From: Clostridiales bacterium
Lineage (GTDB): Bacteria; Bacillota; Clostridia; Saccharofermentanales; Saccharofermentanaceae
DNA: 64,000 bases
Assembly: GCA_017513085.1 (NCBI GenBank)
Contig: JAFWDK010000010.1
Location: 64,001 to 128,000, forward strand
Direction of reading: 5' to 3'
A program made the translations under genes and the position numbers. Under the pieces are notes generated by a model. It saw only the letters and a list, made by a program, of their open reading frames with translations. It had not been told where the DNA came from and did not search any database. Of the stretch, positions 1 to 9,034 are shown one piece after another (the stretch's first letter is position 1; each line of letters opens with the position of its first letter).

Positions 1-576
1 ATTGAGTCTGCTCTCGAAAAATGCATTGATCGAGACATTCACGACTACCAGAACAAGTGGGGTCCAAGTGTATTGCAGGACGGTTATGGCAGAAAGAAGC
101 ATCACGACAAGGTTGCCGGTCAGAAGCGCTAGCGCAGTGAAAAGCCCTTTGACGCCGCCGGAATAGCCGGCATCGATTCCGGTACGGGCATCCGCCAATC
201 TATCCAGTGTCTTTTTATTTTCCGTGGTCTCATAACGGAGTTCCATGCTTTTTTTGCCGACGCCTGCTTCCAGATGACGGTTCAAGCCCTCGTAGTAGAC
301 TTTTTCAAGCTGTATCCCGATGAAGCAGATCACCGTGTTGAGAATAAAATCCGAGATGACCATGACAGAACCGATCTTTATGATCAGATTGATATCCGCA
401 TTCCCGGTGATCTCATCGATCATCATTTTGGGGCCGAACATCTTAATGAAAGGCAGGAAGATCATAGCCAGGATCGAAATGGCATACAGCCAATAAAACC
501 CTTTTTTAAAGCGTTTCATTGCTTTGGCAAAATACAGGATCGTGTTGGTTTTCTTTTTCGAAGATGTGTTACTCAT
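1..576 (-). CDS. ABC exporter half-transporter, N-terminal transmembrane part (runs off the left edge)
   Basis: Not in the ORF track. ATG at 576-574 overlaps the stop of the upstream ABC gene. Reads MSNTSSKKKTNTILYFAKAMKRFKKGFYWLYAISILAMIFLPFIKMFGPKMMIDEI..., a hydrophobic ABC TMD start like its neighbour. Confidence 0.8.
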   Translation of the reverse strand, partial: MSNTSSKKKTNTILYFAKAMKRFKKGFYWLYAISILAMIFLPFIKMFGPKMMIDEITGNADINLIIKIGSVMVISDFILNTVICFIGIQLEKVYYEGLNRHLEAGVGKKSMELRYETTENKKTLDRLADARTGIDAGYSGGVKGLFTALALLTGNLVVMLLSAITVLQYTWTPLVLVVVNVSINAFFESRLN

Positions 577-2377
577 TTTCTACACTTTCCTTTCTGTACA
601 GTTCAGCTTGTGTTTCGTAGAGCGCATAATATTTTCCTTTCTTCTGTATCAGTTCTTCATGTGAGCCGTACTCTACAAGATGAGAATCTTCAAACATGGC
701 GACTTTCTGGCAGAAACGGGTAGAGGAGAGCCTGTGGGAAATAAATATACCGGTCTTATCGCCGATCCATTCATTGAAGTGGGAATAGAGTCGTTCTTCG
801 GCAAGGGGATCAAGGGCGGAAGTCGGCTCGTCCAGGATGATAACCGGCGCGTCTTTATAAAGCGCTCGTGCCAACGCCAGTTTCTGCTTTTCACCACCGG
901 AAAAATCGACGCCTTCTTCTTCCAGAACTTTGAGGACCTGTGTTTTCTCACGGCTGTCCAGGCTTTCGATCTTCGCCCAAAGACCGCATTTTTTTAAACA
1001 TGTGCGGACTCTTTCAGGATCGGTCTCTTCTGCGATCTTCATGGAGACGTTTTCTTCTACACTGAACGGGTATTCCTCCACATTCTGAAATACCGCCGAG
1101 AAATAACGGAAAAGGTCTTCGCGTTCCATGAGACGGGTGTCTTTTCCGTTTAATGTAATGGAGCCCTCCGATGGCTTGTAAAAACCTGCAAGCAGTTTGA
1201 TGAAAGTGGTTTTGCCGGCACCATTCAAGCCGACGATCGCCAATCTCTGCCCGTAGGGGATGGAAAGCGAGACGTGTTCGAGAGCATTCCTGGTCTGCCC
1301 TTCGTAACAGAAGGTAACATCGTGAAATACGAATTCCGGCTTTTCTTCCATCCGGGGAAGATCGGTGTTCGTCGTTTCTTCGATCTTGTACGTGTCGATA
1401 AAAGCACGGAAATCTTTTACTTCGAGTGATTGCTTCTTGATCTCCGTATACTCCGCGATAAAGCCGTTTACGGCGGTGATGAAAATGTGGACTGAGGCAA
1501 TGTAAAGTGTGAACTCAGCAACGGTCAGGTTGTTTCGGGAGAGCTGGTAGATCAGAAAAACGTATAAACTTACTTCTTCCAGGAGGGAGAGTGGCATCAG
1601 GATCGCCTGGCTCTTGAACCAGAGATTTCGTGAGACCTTATACTTCTTCGCGATATCTTCGTTGATGCCAAGGTATTTTCTATAGATCCAGTCTTTCATG
1701 TCATAGACACGGATCTCTTTGGCGGAAGTGAAATGGTTAGTCAGATAACCCATGTTGAAGTGCTTCCGCCAATACGGACCGAGCGCATCCCAGACCAGAG
1801 CTTTGTCCTTCCTTTTCGTCTTGTCGACCACGATGAAAGAAAGGATCAGAAGGACCAGAAGGATCACGATCAGGAGAGGATGGAGACCGGAGATCAGGAT
1901 TCCTGCCATCACGATCTGAAGGGCAAGGGTCCCGCACTTGATGCTTGAATCCATCATGCCTTCGATGCTCTGGGTCTTCACATTCATGACATTCCGGATC
2001 CGTTCATGCTCGTCGAGCACCTTCGGGTTCTCCAGATTGGCATATTCCATGGAAGTCATGGTTTCCGTAAGTTCGCGCTTGAAACGGATCAGGGCATGTT
2101 TCATCTTATAAGGGGCGTTATTCTCCACATATCCTACTGCCAGGTAAGCAACAAGCATTACGACGGCATTGATCCCGATCAGCGTCAGCGTCCTGGACAC
2201 AGGTTCTCCTTCGGTAAGTGAGTCAATGATCAGTTTGACAGTGACGGGGACCACAAACAGTGATACCGTCTCGGCGACGATGCCGAGAAGACGTAAGGGG
2301 ATCAATCGGTTGCCCCAATTCTTCATTCCGCGCAGCACATAGGCAAGGTTGTTCCAGAATCCGTATTTCGTTTTCAT
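569..2377 (-). CDS. ABC exporter half-transporter (TMD + ATPase), multidrug/peptide type
   Basis: N-terminal TM helices; Walker A GLNGAGKT, signature FSGGEKQK, Walker B IILDEPT; GAGGAGG RBS. Confidence 0.93.
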   Translation of the reverse strand: MKTKYGFWNNLAYVLRGMKNWGNRLIPLRLLGIVAETVSLFVVPVTVKLIIDSLTEGEPVSRTLTLIGINAVVMLVAYLAVGYVENNAPYKMKHALIRFKRELTETMTSMEYANLENPKVLDEHERIRNVMNVKTQSIEGMMDSSIKCGTLALQIVMAGILISGLHPLLIVILLVLLILSFIVVDKTKRKDKALVWDALGPYWRKHFNMGYLTNHFTSAKEIRVYDMKDWIYRKYLGINEDIAKKYKVSRNLWFKSQAILMPLSLLEEVSLYVFLIYQLSRNNLTVAEFTLYIASVHIFITAVNGFIAEYTEIKKQSLEVKDFRAFIDTYKIEETTNTDLPRMEEKPEFVFHDVTFCYEGQTRNALEHVSLSIPYGQRLAIVGLNGAGKTTFIKLLAGFYKPSEGSITLNGKDTRLMEREDLFRYFSAVFQNVEEYPFSVEENVSMKIAEETDPERVRTCLKKCGLWAKIESLDSREKTQVLKVLEEEGVDFSGGEKQKLALARALYKDAPVIILDEPTSALDPLAEERLYSHFNEWIGDKTGIFISHRLSSTRFCQKVAMFEDSHLVEYGSHEELIQKKGKYYALYETQAELYRKESVENE

Positions 2378-2405
2378 AAGCCCTCCTCGGTCTTTTGATG
2401 CTTAC

Positions 2406-2436
2406 ACGATAAGGGGTGCCCCAAGGGGAGAGTCAA
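2406..2436 (-). promoter_or_regulatory. MerR-type promoter/operator of the ABC operon
   Basis: Minus strand reads TTGACT-ctccccttggggcacccct-TATCGT: 19-bp spacer with dyad CCCC-TT-GGGG. A MerR gene is adjacent. Confidence 0.8.
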
Positions 2437-2482
2437 TAGTGAAAACGGATTTTTTTAATTCATTTTGGAAAAAGCACTTGTC

Positions 2483-3655
2483 TTAATTTCTACAGTGCCA
2501 GAAGTAAGAATCGGTCGTGATCTGATTTTTGCTTTCCTCAAGCTTGGAAGCTAGGCTCTTCTTGATTTTTTCTTCATATCGCTCGAAGAATTTCTCCTGT
2601 CCTTCGTAAAGTGTCGTCATCTTATCAAAAAGCATATCTTCATTCTCATAGTAAAAATGGCTCTGCAGTTTGACGATCGATATATTGGAGAAATACTTAC
2701 TGATTTGTTTCTCGAAAGATTCGTTTTTACTCCGGATCTCCGATATACTATCTAGAATGAAGGATGCATTCAGCCCCGCATCGTTGAGAATATCACGGAA
2801 ATAGATGTTCCAGGAAGAATCGTGCGGTCCGTTGATGGAGAATACGCCGCCTTTTTTTAGAACTTGTGCGATTCTGTTCAGAAATGCTTCCGGGTCTTTC
2901 AGTTCTCTATAGATGTAGTGGGCAAGTATCATGGAATAGGGAGCATCATTCGTTATCCCTATCCAAGTTGATGGATCCTCAAGATCAGAGAAGCGAAGGT
3001 GGAATTTGATTCGTTCCGGAAGAGGTTCTTTCTCCAAATATTGTTCGAAGTCATCCGCCCAGCTTCCGTGGACATCATAAGCGAAAACTTCCGTGCCTTC
3101 CGGAAACCTGTCCCGGTTATTCCGCCAAAGTTTTCCGAATCCACAGCCAAGATCGAGGACTTTGGCATCCGGATTCCATTCGTGTGCGAGGAAAATCGTC
3201 TCGTACCAGTCTTCTCCGGGAACGGTGTGCAACTGGGCAAACCAGTGACTCCGGTCCAGTTCCTGATCCAGAGAGACGCTTTTTACAATGCCGGAAACAT
3301 CGTCCCAGTTGAGATCATCTTCTTTTCGGGTTAACGTGCGCCGGATCGTATCAATGACCATTTCGATGCTGTATCTTTTTTCTTCCATGGCACGTAACTG
3401 AAGTGTCAAAGCGGCGCGGATATCTTCGGCTTTGCCGTTGGCCAGGCTGTCACGGATGTCTTCCAGAGAGAATCCGATTTTTTTAAGTGCTACGATCTTG
3501 TTAAGCATAGCCAGGGATTCCTCATCGTAGAGACGGTAGTTTCCTTCGGAGTAGCCGGCTGGCCGGAGAAGTCCTTTTTCATCGTAAAGACGGATGGCCT
3601 TCTGCGAAACGCCGGCTTTCTTTGCGATTTCACCGGATGTCATTTTCTTTTCCAT
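2483..3655 (-). CDS. MerR-family regulator with C-terminal class I SAM-methyltransferase-like domain
   Basis: N-terminal MerR HTH (SGEIAKKAGVSQKAIRLYDEKGLL...NYRLY); later VLDLGCGFG SAM-binding motif. Confidence 0.88.
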   Translation of the reverse strand: MEKKMTSGEIAKKAGVSQKAIRLYDEKGLLRPAGYSEGNYRLYDEESLAMLNKIVALKKIGFSLEDIRDSLANGKAEDIRAALTLQLRAMEEKRYSIEMVIDTIRRTLTRKEDDLNWDDVSGIVKSVSLDQELDRSHWFAQLHTVPGEDWYETIFLAHEWNPDAKVLDLGCGFGKLWRNNRDRFPEGTEVFAYDVHGSWADDFEQYLEKEPLPERIKFHLRFSDLEDPSTWIGITNDAPYSMILAHYIYRELKDPEAFLNRIAQVLKKGGVFSINGPHDSSWNIYFRDILNDAGLNASFILDSISEIRSKNESFEKQISKYFSNISIVKLQSHFYYENEDMLFDKMTTLYEGQEKFFERYEEKIKKSLASKLEESKNQITTDSYFWHCRN

Positions 3656-3724
3656 ATTTATGGCCCTCCCGAAGCATCGATGAATCTATTATAACGGATT
3701 AAGGAATGTTAGCACAGTGCGGCC

Positions 3725-3844
3725 ATGCTTCCGGCAATCTATGGGAAGAATATCTTCCTTGGAATCGCAGTGTGTATTCTTGGCGTAGGACATATCGGTA
3801 TACATCTGATCTATAAAAAAGAAGCGGAAAACGTTATTTCCTGA
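3725..3844 (+). pseudogene. C-terminal remnant of a small membrane protein
   Basis: Frame reads MLPAIYGKNIFLGIAVCILGVGHIGIHLIYKKEAENVIS*: a hydrophobic helix plus GHIGIH ending, with no RBS or upstream coding region. Confidence 0.5.
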
Positions 3845-3926
3845 GCCGTTGGAATGATATAATGATTCATGTTCATTTCGAAGAAGTATATCTTCAGAAA
3901 TGTCCGGTAAGGAGATAAGAAATAGC

Positions 3927-4655
3927 ATGATATATGAGAAGAATTCCTATGTCACTGGGAGTATGTGTGACAGTAAACTAAAACTTTCTATCCTGGCTGC
4001 TGATGAGATCGTGGAGAATGCCGTGACGGAAACTATGGGCGATCTGGGCATTGACGGCATCGTGGCCATGGAGAAGTATAAGGCCATGTGGCTGATCGCC
4101 AAAAACAGCATCCGCTTTTTCCGTCGTCCGGTATGGCGGGAAGAGTTTACGGTGCGTTGTTTTATTTCTAAATTTTCTGCAGTAAAACTCATGTTGGATA
4201 CGATCGTGGAAGGAAAAGACGGGGAGAGATTGGTTCATGCCCGTACAGAACTGGCTGCCATCGATCTGGAAAGCCAGCGGATCCGCAAAGCCGAGACTGT
4301 AGGTTTTACTCCGGATATGGCGCATCCGGCCGAAGAAGGCGGACCGGAGTTTACACGTTTCCCGAAAACCGGCACAGAGCCTTTGGAGACGATCACGGTC
4401 CGCTCCACCAGCATGGACTATTGCTACCACACCAACAATATCGAGTATGTGCGCTTTATGCTGAATACCTACGATATCAGTTTTCTGAAATCGCATGATC
4501 CGGTATCTCTGGAGATCCACTATGGCAGCCAGTCTTTTGCCGGAGAAAACTTAACGATCGAGAAGCTGCATGCCGAAGACGGCGATCTTTTCAAGATCAT
4601 CCGCGATGAGACGGAGATCACTTCCTGTAAGATCTCCTGGCATAAGGAAGCATGA
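3927..4655 (+). CDS. Acyl-ACP thioesterase (double hotdog fold)
   Basis: Motifs CDSKLKL, RRPVWREE, DYCYHTNNIEY resemble FatA/FatB-type D-x-x-x-H-x-N-N. Start taken at ATG 3927 after AAGGAG. Confidence 0.85.
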   Translation: MIYEKNSYVTGSMCDSKLKLSILAADEIVENAVTETMGDLGIDGIVAMEKYKAMWLIAKNSIRFFRRPVWREEFTVRCFISKFSAVKLMLDTIVEGKDGERLVHARTELAAIDLESQRIRKAETVGFTPDMAHPAEEGGPEFTRFPKTGTEPLETITVRSTSMDYCYHTNNIEYVRFMLNTYDISFLKSHDPVSLEIHYGSQSFAGENLTIEKLHAEDGDLFKIIRDETEITSCKISWHKEA

Positions 4656-4769
4656 TCTGTCGACAGAACATTTATACCTACGGGAGCTGTTTTTCTGCTC
4701 ACTGATAATGCTATACTGGATTTGGATCGGGAAAGTCCGGTCTGAATCTGTTTAGAATACGATGCCACT

Positions 4770-5519
4770 ATGAATGAACATCAGAAGAAGAATTTAAATC
4801 GTTTTGAAGAACTGGCTGCGCGGGCCAGGAGTTCCGGCATATACACTTTCTCAACTTTCCATTCGCGCGAGACGGCAAGTCTTGCCTATGAAGTGGCATC
4901 GGAGAAAGAGGTCATGCTCTGGGGAGGAACGGATAACTGTGAACGTGTCGTGGCGCGTTTTGGCGATCCGGATGAAATCGGGTATAGCGAGGATTTTCCT
5001 ATCTGCATTCTCTGTGTAAAGCCGAAACAGGCGAAGTATGCGGATTCTCTGACTCATCGGGATTTCCTCGGGGCAATACTGAATCTCGGGATCGAACGGG
5101 ACATGCTCGGAGATATCCTGGTGCATGAGAACTCAGCTTATTTCTTCGTGATAGATAAAGTATCAGATGTGATCCGTTCTGATCTTGATCGGGTGAAACA
5201 TACGGCTGTAAGCTGCAGTGTGGTTGCGTCGGTGCCGGAAGACTGCCTGCCGAAACTGTCGGAGGAGCACATCACTGTTTTTTCGCCAAGGCTGGATGCG
5301 ATCTTGGCGAAGGTGTATCACCTTTCGAGGGAAGATGCGAAAACCATGTTCGACGATGAGAAAGTTACGCTGAATGGGAGGCTCTGCAGAAATCCCGAGA
5401 CCCTGCTGAAAGAGAATACTACTGTATCTGTGAGGGGATATGGTAAGATGGAATATCATGGTGAAGAATACACCACGAAGAAGGGAAAAACAGGACTGAC
5501 GATCTGGCGGTATATATAA
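4770..5519 (+). CDS. ylmH: YlmH/Sll1252-family RNA-binding protein (S4 domain)
   Basis: LTHRDFLGAILNLGIERDMLGDI and SPRLDAILAKVYHLSR...SVRGYGK motifs. Confidence 0.88.
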   Translation: MNEHQKKNLNRFEELAARARSSGIYTFSTFHSRETASLAYEVASEKEVMLWGGTDNCERVVARFGDPDEIGYSEDFPICILCVKPKQAKYADSLTHRDFLGAILNLGIERDMLGDILVHENSAYFFVIDKVSDVIRSDLDRVKHTAVSCSVVASVPEDCLPKLSEEHITVFSPRLDAILAKVYHLSREDAKTMFDDEKVTLNGRLCRNPETLLKENTTVSVRGYGKMEYHGEEYTTKKGKTGLTIWRYI

Positions 5520-5575
5520 AACACTTACCGGCTCTTTCCTGGTGTGAAGAGTTTGTCGGAGATTGGGGTGAAGAT

Positions 5576-6103
5576 ATGGAATTGTGGGATCTTTATGACA
5601 GTGAAGAGAAAATGACCGGGGAGGTATTTGAGCGTACGCACAATAGCTCTTTGAATATTCCTAATGGACGGTACCATCTGGTTTGCGATATTTTGGTGAA
5701 ACATACGGATGGAACATATCTGCTCTGCAGGCGGGATTTAAATAAAGATTCGTACCCCGGTTTTTGGGAAGCCAGCGCCGGCGGAGCTGCCCAACTAGGC
5801 GAAGACCCGCTGGCCTGCGCTGAAAGAGAGCTTTTTGAGGAGACCGGACTTCATGCCGAAAGGTTTGAACTTCTGAATAAGAGTTTCAATGAAAGAAGTC
5901 ATAGTATAGTTTATAGCTATATAACTGAAGTTTCCTGCCCGAAGGATGCAATCGTGCTTCAAAAAGGGGAGACGATCGATTATAAGTGGGTGGATGCAAA
6001 AGGACTGATCGAGAACTCGGAATCAGATCTGGCTGTAAGCACCAAGGTGGCGCGCTATCAGGCTTTTTATGATCAGTTGCGTCAACAAATAGCCTATCAG
6101 TAA
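5576..6103 (+). CDS. NUDIX hydrolase
   Basis: Nudix box GGAAQLGEDPLACAERELFEETGL; MELWDLYD start. Confidence 0.9.
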   Translation: MELWDLYDSEEKMTGEVFERTHNSSLNIPNGRYHLVCDILVKHTDGTYLLCRRDLNKDSYPGFWEASAGGAAQLGEDPLACAERELFEETGLHAERFELLNKSFNERSHSIVYSYITEVSCPKDAIVLQKGETIDYKWVDAKGLIENSESDLAVSTKVARYQAFYDQLRQQIAYQ

Positions 6104-6128
6104 GTTCAAGAAGGTAGTAGGATCAGGA

Positions 6129-7592
6129 ATGAGACGTTTGTTTGAAATCGATCTTAAGGATTATGAAGGCTGTACTAAGGTTTTCCGGCGGCCTTCGGTC
6201 CGTGCGGTCATCTTTAGAGGAAATAGAATCGCCATGGTTTATGCTACCAATGAGAAATACTATAAGTTTCCCGGAGGCGGCATGCATGATGACGAAGATA
6301 AGAAGGAGACCCTTCTTCGTGAGGTGAAAGAAGAGGTCGGTCTGGACGTTATTCCGGAAAGTATAGAAGAATTCGGAAGCGTTCTTCGAAGACAAAGAAG
6401 TGACCGGGATCCGGATACGGTCTTCGAGCAGGAGAATTTCTATTTCACATGCCAGACTCAGGCATTACAGGGACAGCAACATCTTGATGATTATGAAGCA
6501 GAGGCCGGCTTCGAGCTTCGCTTGGTGGATATCGATGAAGCCATCCGGGTCAACAAAGAGTACCGGAGTGAGTGCTTTTTCAACGAGATCATGATCGATC
6601 GGGAAAGACGTGTGCTGGAAATGATCAAATCGGAACGGTACGATGTGGTAGCTCTGGGTGAATTACTGATCGATTTTACGGAGTCGGGAAAAAGTGCGGA
6701 TGGAATGAAGCTTTTTGAGCAGAATCCGGGCGGAGCGCCGGCCAATCTTCTGACTGTTGTGAGCCATTTCGGATATAAGACAGCATTTATTGGGAAAGTC
6801 GGCGAGGATATGCACGGTCGGTTTCTGATTGAAACGCTGGAAAAAGAGGGAATCGATACCCGATCGGTGATCAGGGATCCGGAACAGTTTACTACACTTG
6901 CTTTTGTCGGACTCGATAAAAACGGGGAGAGGACTTTCTCGTTTGCCAGAAAGCCTGGCGCGGATACGATGCTCCGAAACGAAGAACTCGATCGGAAACG
7001 AATTTCCAATTGTAAGGTGTTCCACTTCGGTTCTCTTTCATTGACCGATGAACCGGCCAGGAGCGCGACGTGGGAAGCGGTGAGGATCGCCAAAGGCTGT
7101 GGAGCAACGGTTTCTTATGATCCGAATTACCGTGCCTCTTTGTGGCCGGATGAAGAAACTGCGACCGAAGTGATGCGTTCGGCGGTCCCTCGTGCTGATG
7201 TGCTGAAAGTATCGGAGGAAGAGAGTACCCTTCTTACAGGTTGTGCGGATCTTGAGGCGGCGGCAGACCGCTTATTGGCTATGGGACCGAAATTTCTAGC
7301 CATCACTCTCGGAAGCGAGGGTGTCCTGATCGCAAGAAAAGACAGAAAAGAGCGCGTGGAAGCGTTCCGGGTAAAAAGTGTCGACACGACCGGAGCGGGG
7401 GATTCTTTCTGGGGCGGGTTCATAAGCCGGTGGCTGTCTAATGGTGCAGATATAGAAGAGATGAAATGGGGAGAACTGGTAAGATGTGCACGGACAGGTA
7501 ATGCGGTTGCCGCTTTGTGCGTACAGAAACGGGGCGGGATCCCTTCTGTTCCTTCCAAGGAAGAAGTGGAGAAACTACTGAGCGATACGTGA
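6129..7592 (+). CDS. NUDIX hydrolase fused to PfkB-family carbohydrate kinase (fructokinase-like)
   Basis: Nudix box FPGGG...LLREVKEEVGL in the first ~170 aa; then YDVVALGELLIDF, NPGGAPAN, DPNYR and DTTGAGDSF PfkB motifs. Confidence 0.88.
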   Translation: MRRLFEIDLKDYEGCTKVFRRPSVRAVIFRGNRIAMVYATNEKYYKFPGGGMHDDEDKKETLLREVKEEVGLDVIPESIEEFGSVLRRQRSDRDPDTVFEQENFYFTCQTQALQGQQHLDDYEAEAGFELRLVDIDEAIRVNKEYRSECFFNEIMIDRERRVLEMIKSERYDVVALGELLIDFTESGKSADGMKLFEQNPGGAPANLLTVVSHFGYKTAFIGKVGEDMHGRFLIETLEKEGIDTRSVIRDPEQFTTLAFVGLDKNGERTFSFARKPGADTMLRNEELDRKRISNCKVFHFGSLSLTDEPARSATWEAVRIAKGCGATVSYDPNYRASLWPDEETATEVMRSAVPRADVLKVSEEESTLLTGCADLEAAADRLLAMGPKFLAITLGSEGVLIARKDRKERVEAFRVKSVDTTGAGDSFWGGFISRWLSNGADIEEMKWGELVRCARTGNAVAALCVQKRGGIPSVPSKEEVEKLLSDT

Positions 7593-7642
7593 TTCTATTG
7601 CGAGGTATATACGGAAGAATGAAGAAAGGACGAGGAACAATT

Positions 7643-8422
7643 ATGAGACTGGCTGCATTTCAATTTGCCGTATGTGGCTGCCTGGCGCAGAACATTGAAG
7701 TGATCAAGAACGCTATAGAACAGGCTTCTAAGAATAATGTGGATCTGCTTGTGTTTCCTGAATGCGCATTGACGGGCTATCCTCCTCGCGATATGGAAAA
7801 GTCCGAAGATATAGATGTGAGTGCGGTCAAGGCCGCAATAGAAGATCTCCGGACTATGGCTGATGACTTGGGCATTCATGTTATTCTTGGTACGATCGAC
7901 CAAACGCAGACGGAATACTATAACCGCGCATATCTGCTTTCGCCTCATGAACCTATACGCTGGTATGATAAGCGGGCTCTGTATGGATGGGATGAAGATA
8001 ACTTTACAGCCGGAAGCGAAAAAGGCGTATATGAAATAGATGGAATCAAGATCGGAATAAGGATCTGCTTCGAAGTGCGTTTCCCGGAGTATTTCAGAGA
8101 ATTGTATGTGGATGACACAGATCTGGACATCGTGCTGTTTTATGATGTAGCGGACAACGAGGATGAGAACCGGTACCAGATGATCCGAGGGCATCTTATT
8201 ACACGAGCTGTCGAAAATGTCACGCCGGTATTATCTGTAAATACGATACATCCATACCAGACGGCACCGACCTGTTTCATGAATGCATCCGGAGCCGTTT
8301 GTCAGGAACTTCCCAAGAACAGCGAGGGGATGCTGATATACGATTTCGAGAAACAGGAATTAAACTTTGGTGAGCTCGGTCGTAAACGGTATTCCGATCT
8401 GTTATTGAACCGGAAGGCGTAA
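7643..8422 (+). CDS. Carbon-nitrogen hydrolase (nitrilase superfamily)
   Basis: FPE, YDKR and ICFEVRFPE triad motifs (E-K-C). Start at ATG 7643 after GAGG. Confidence 0.9.
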   Translation: MRLAAFQFAVCGCLAQNIEVIKNAIEQASKNNVDLLVFPECALTGYPPRDMEKSEDIDVSAVKAAIEDLRTMADDLGIHVILGTIDQTQTEYYNRAYLLSPHEPIRWYDKRALYGWDEDNFTAGSEKGVYEIDGIKIGIRICFEVRFPEYFRELYVDDTDLDIVLFYDVADNEDENRYQMIRGHLITRAVENVTPVLSVNTIHPYQTAPTCFMNASGAVCQELPKNSEGMLIYDFEKQELNFGELGRKRYSDLLLNRKA

Positions 8423-8433
8423 GGAGAGTCAAT

Positions 8434-9018
8434 ATGGAAAAGTTTTATTTCGAGGTGCCGGGCATCGGCAGGAAGCAGGATGCCATCGAGTTCATTCAGG
8501 AGTTTTATGCGCATCAGTCGGACATCAACGGAACCGGCGCGCTGGACAGTTATGTTGATGACTACGAGGGCTGGCTGGAGAAACTGGAGAGGGATTACGT
8601 GCAGGTGCCGAGCGAGGAGCGGGTGCCGGCTCGGACATACTTTCTGGTTCGTGAGTCAGACAAGCGCATCGTGGGCATGATCAACATCCGTCTGGCATTG
8701 AATGAGCGGCTTCGTAAGTACGGCGGCCACATCGGCTACTGCATCCGCCCGACGGAGCGCGGCAAGGGGTACAACAACATGAACCTCTACCTGGGCCTGA
8801 AGGTCTGTGCGGCGCACGGCATCGAAACGGTGTTTATGGATGCGGACCTTGATAATCCGGCGTCGTGGAAGACGATGGAGGCATTTGGCGGCGTACGCAT
8901 CCGCGAGTATTTCGACGATGTGGATGCGCACTGCATGGTGGTCGACTACAATATTGATGTTCGAAAAGCACTGGCCGGTCACCCGGAGTACGAGGATTTG
9001 ACCATATCTCAGGAATAA
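8434..9018 (+). CDS. GNAT-family N-acetyltransferase
   Basis: GGHIGYCIRPTERGKGY, NPASWKTME; AAGGAG RBS. Confidence 0.9.
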   Translation: MEKFYFEVPGIGRKQDAIEFIQEFYAHQSDINGTGALDSYVDDYEGWLEKLERDYVQVPSEERVPARTYFLVRESDKRIVGMINIRLALNERLRKYGGHIGYCIRPTERGKGYNNMNLYLGLKVCAAHGIETVFMDADLDNPASWKTMEAFGGVRIREYFDDVDAHCMVVDYNIDVRKALAGHPEYEDLTISQE

Positions 9019-9034
9019 GGCGAAGGAGTCTGCG

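Noticed and set aside
274-723. 149-aa + strand ORF
   Set aside because: Antisense shadow of two real minus-strand ABC genes.
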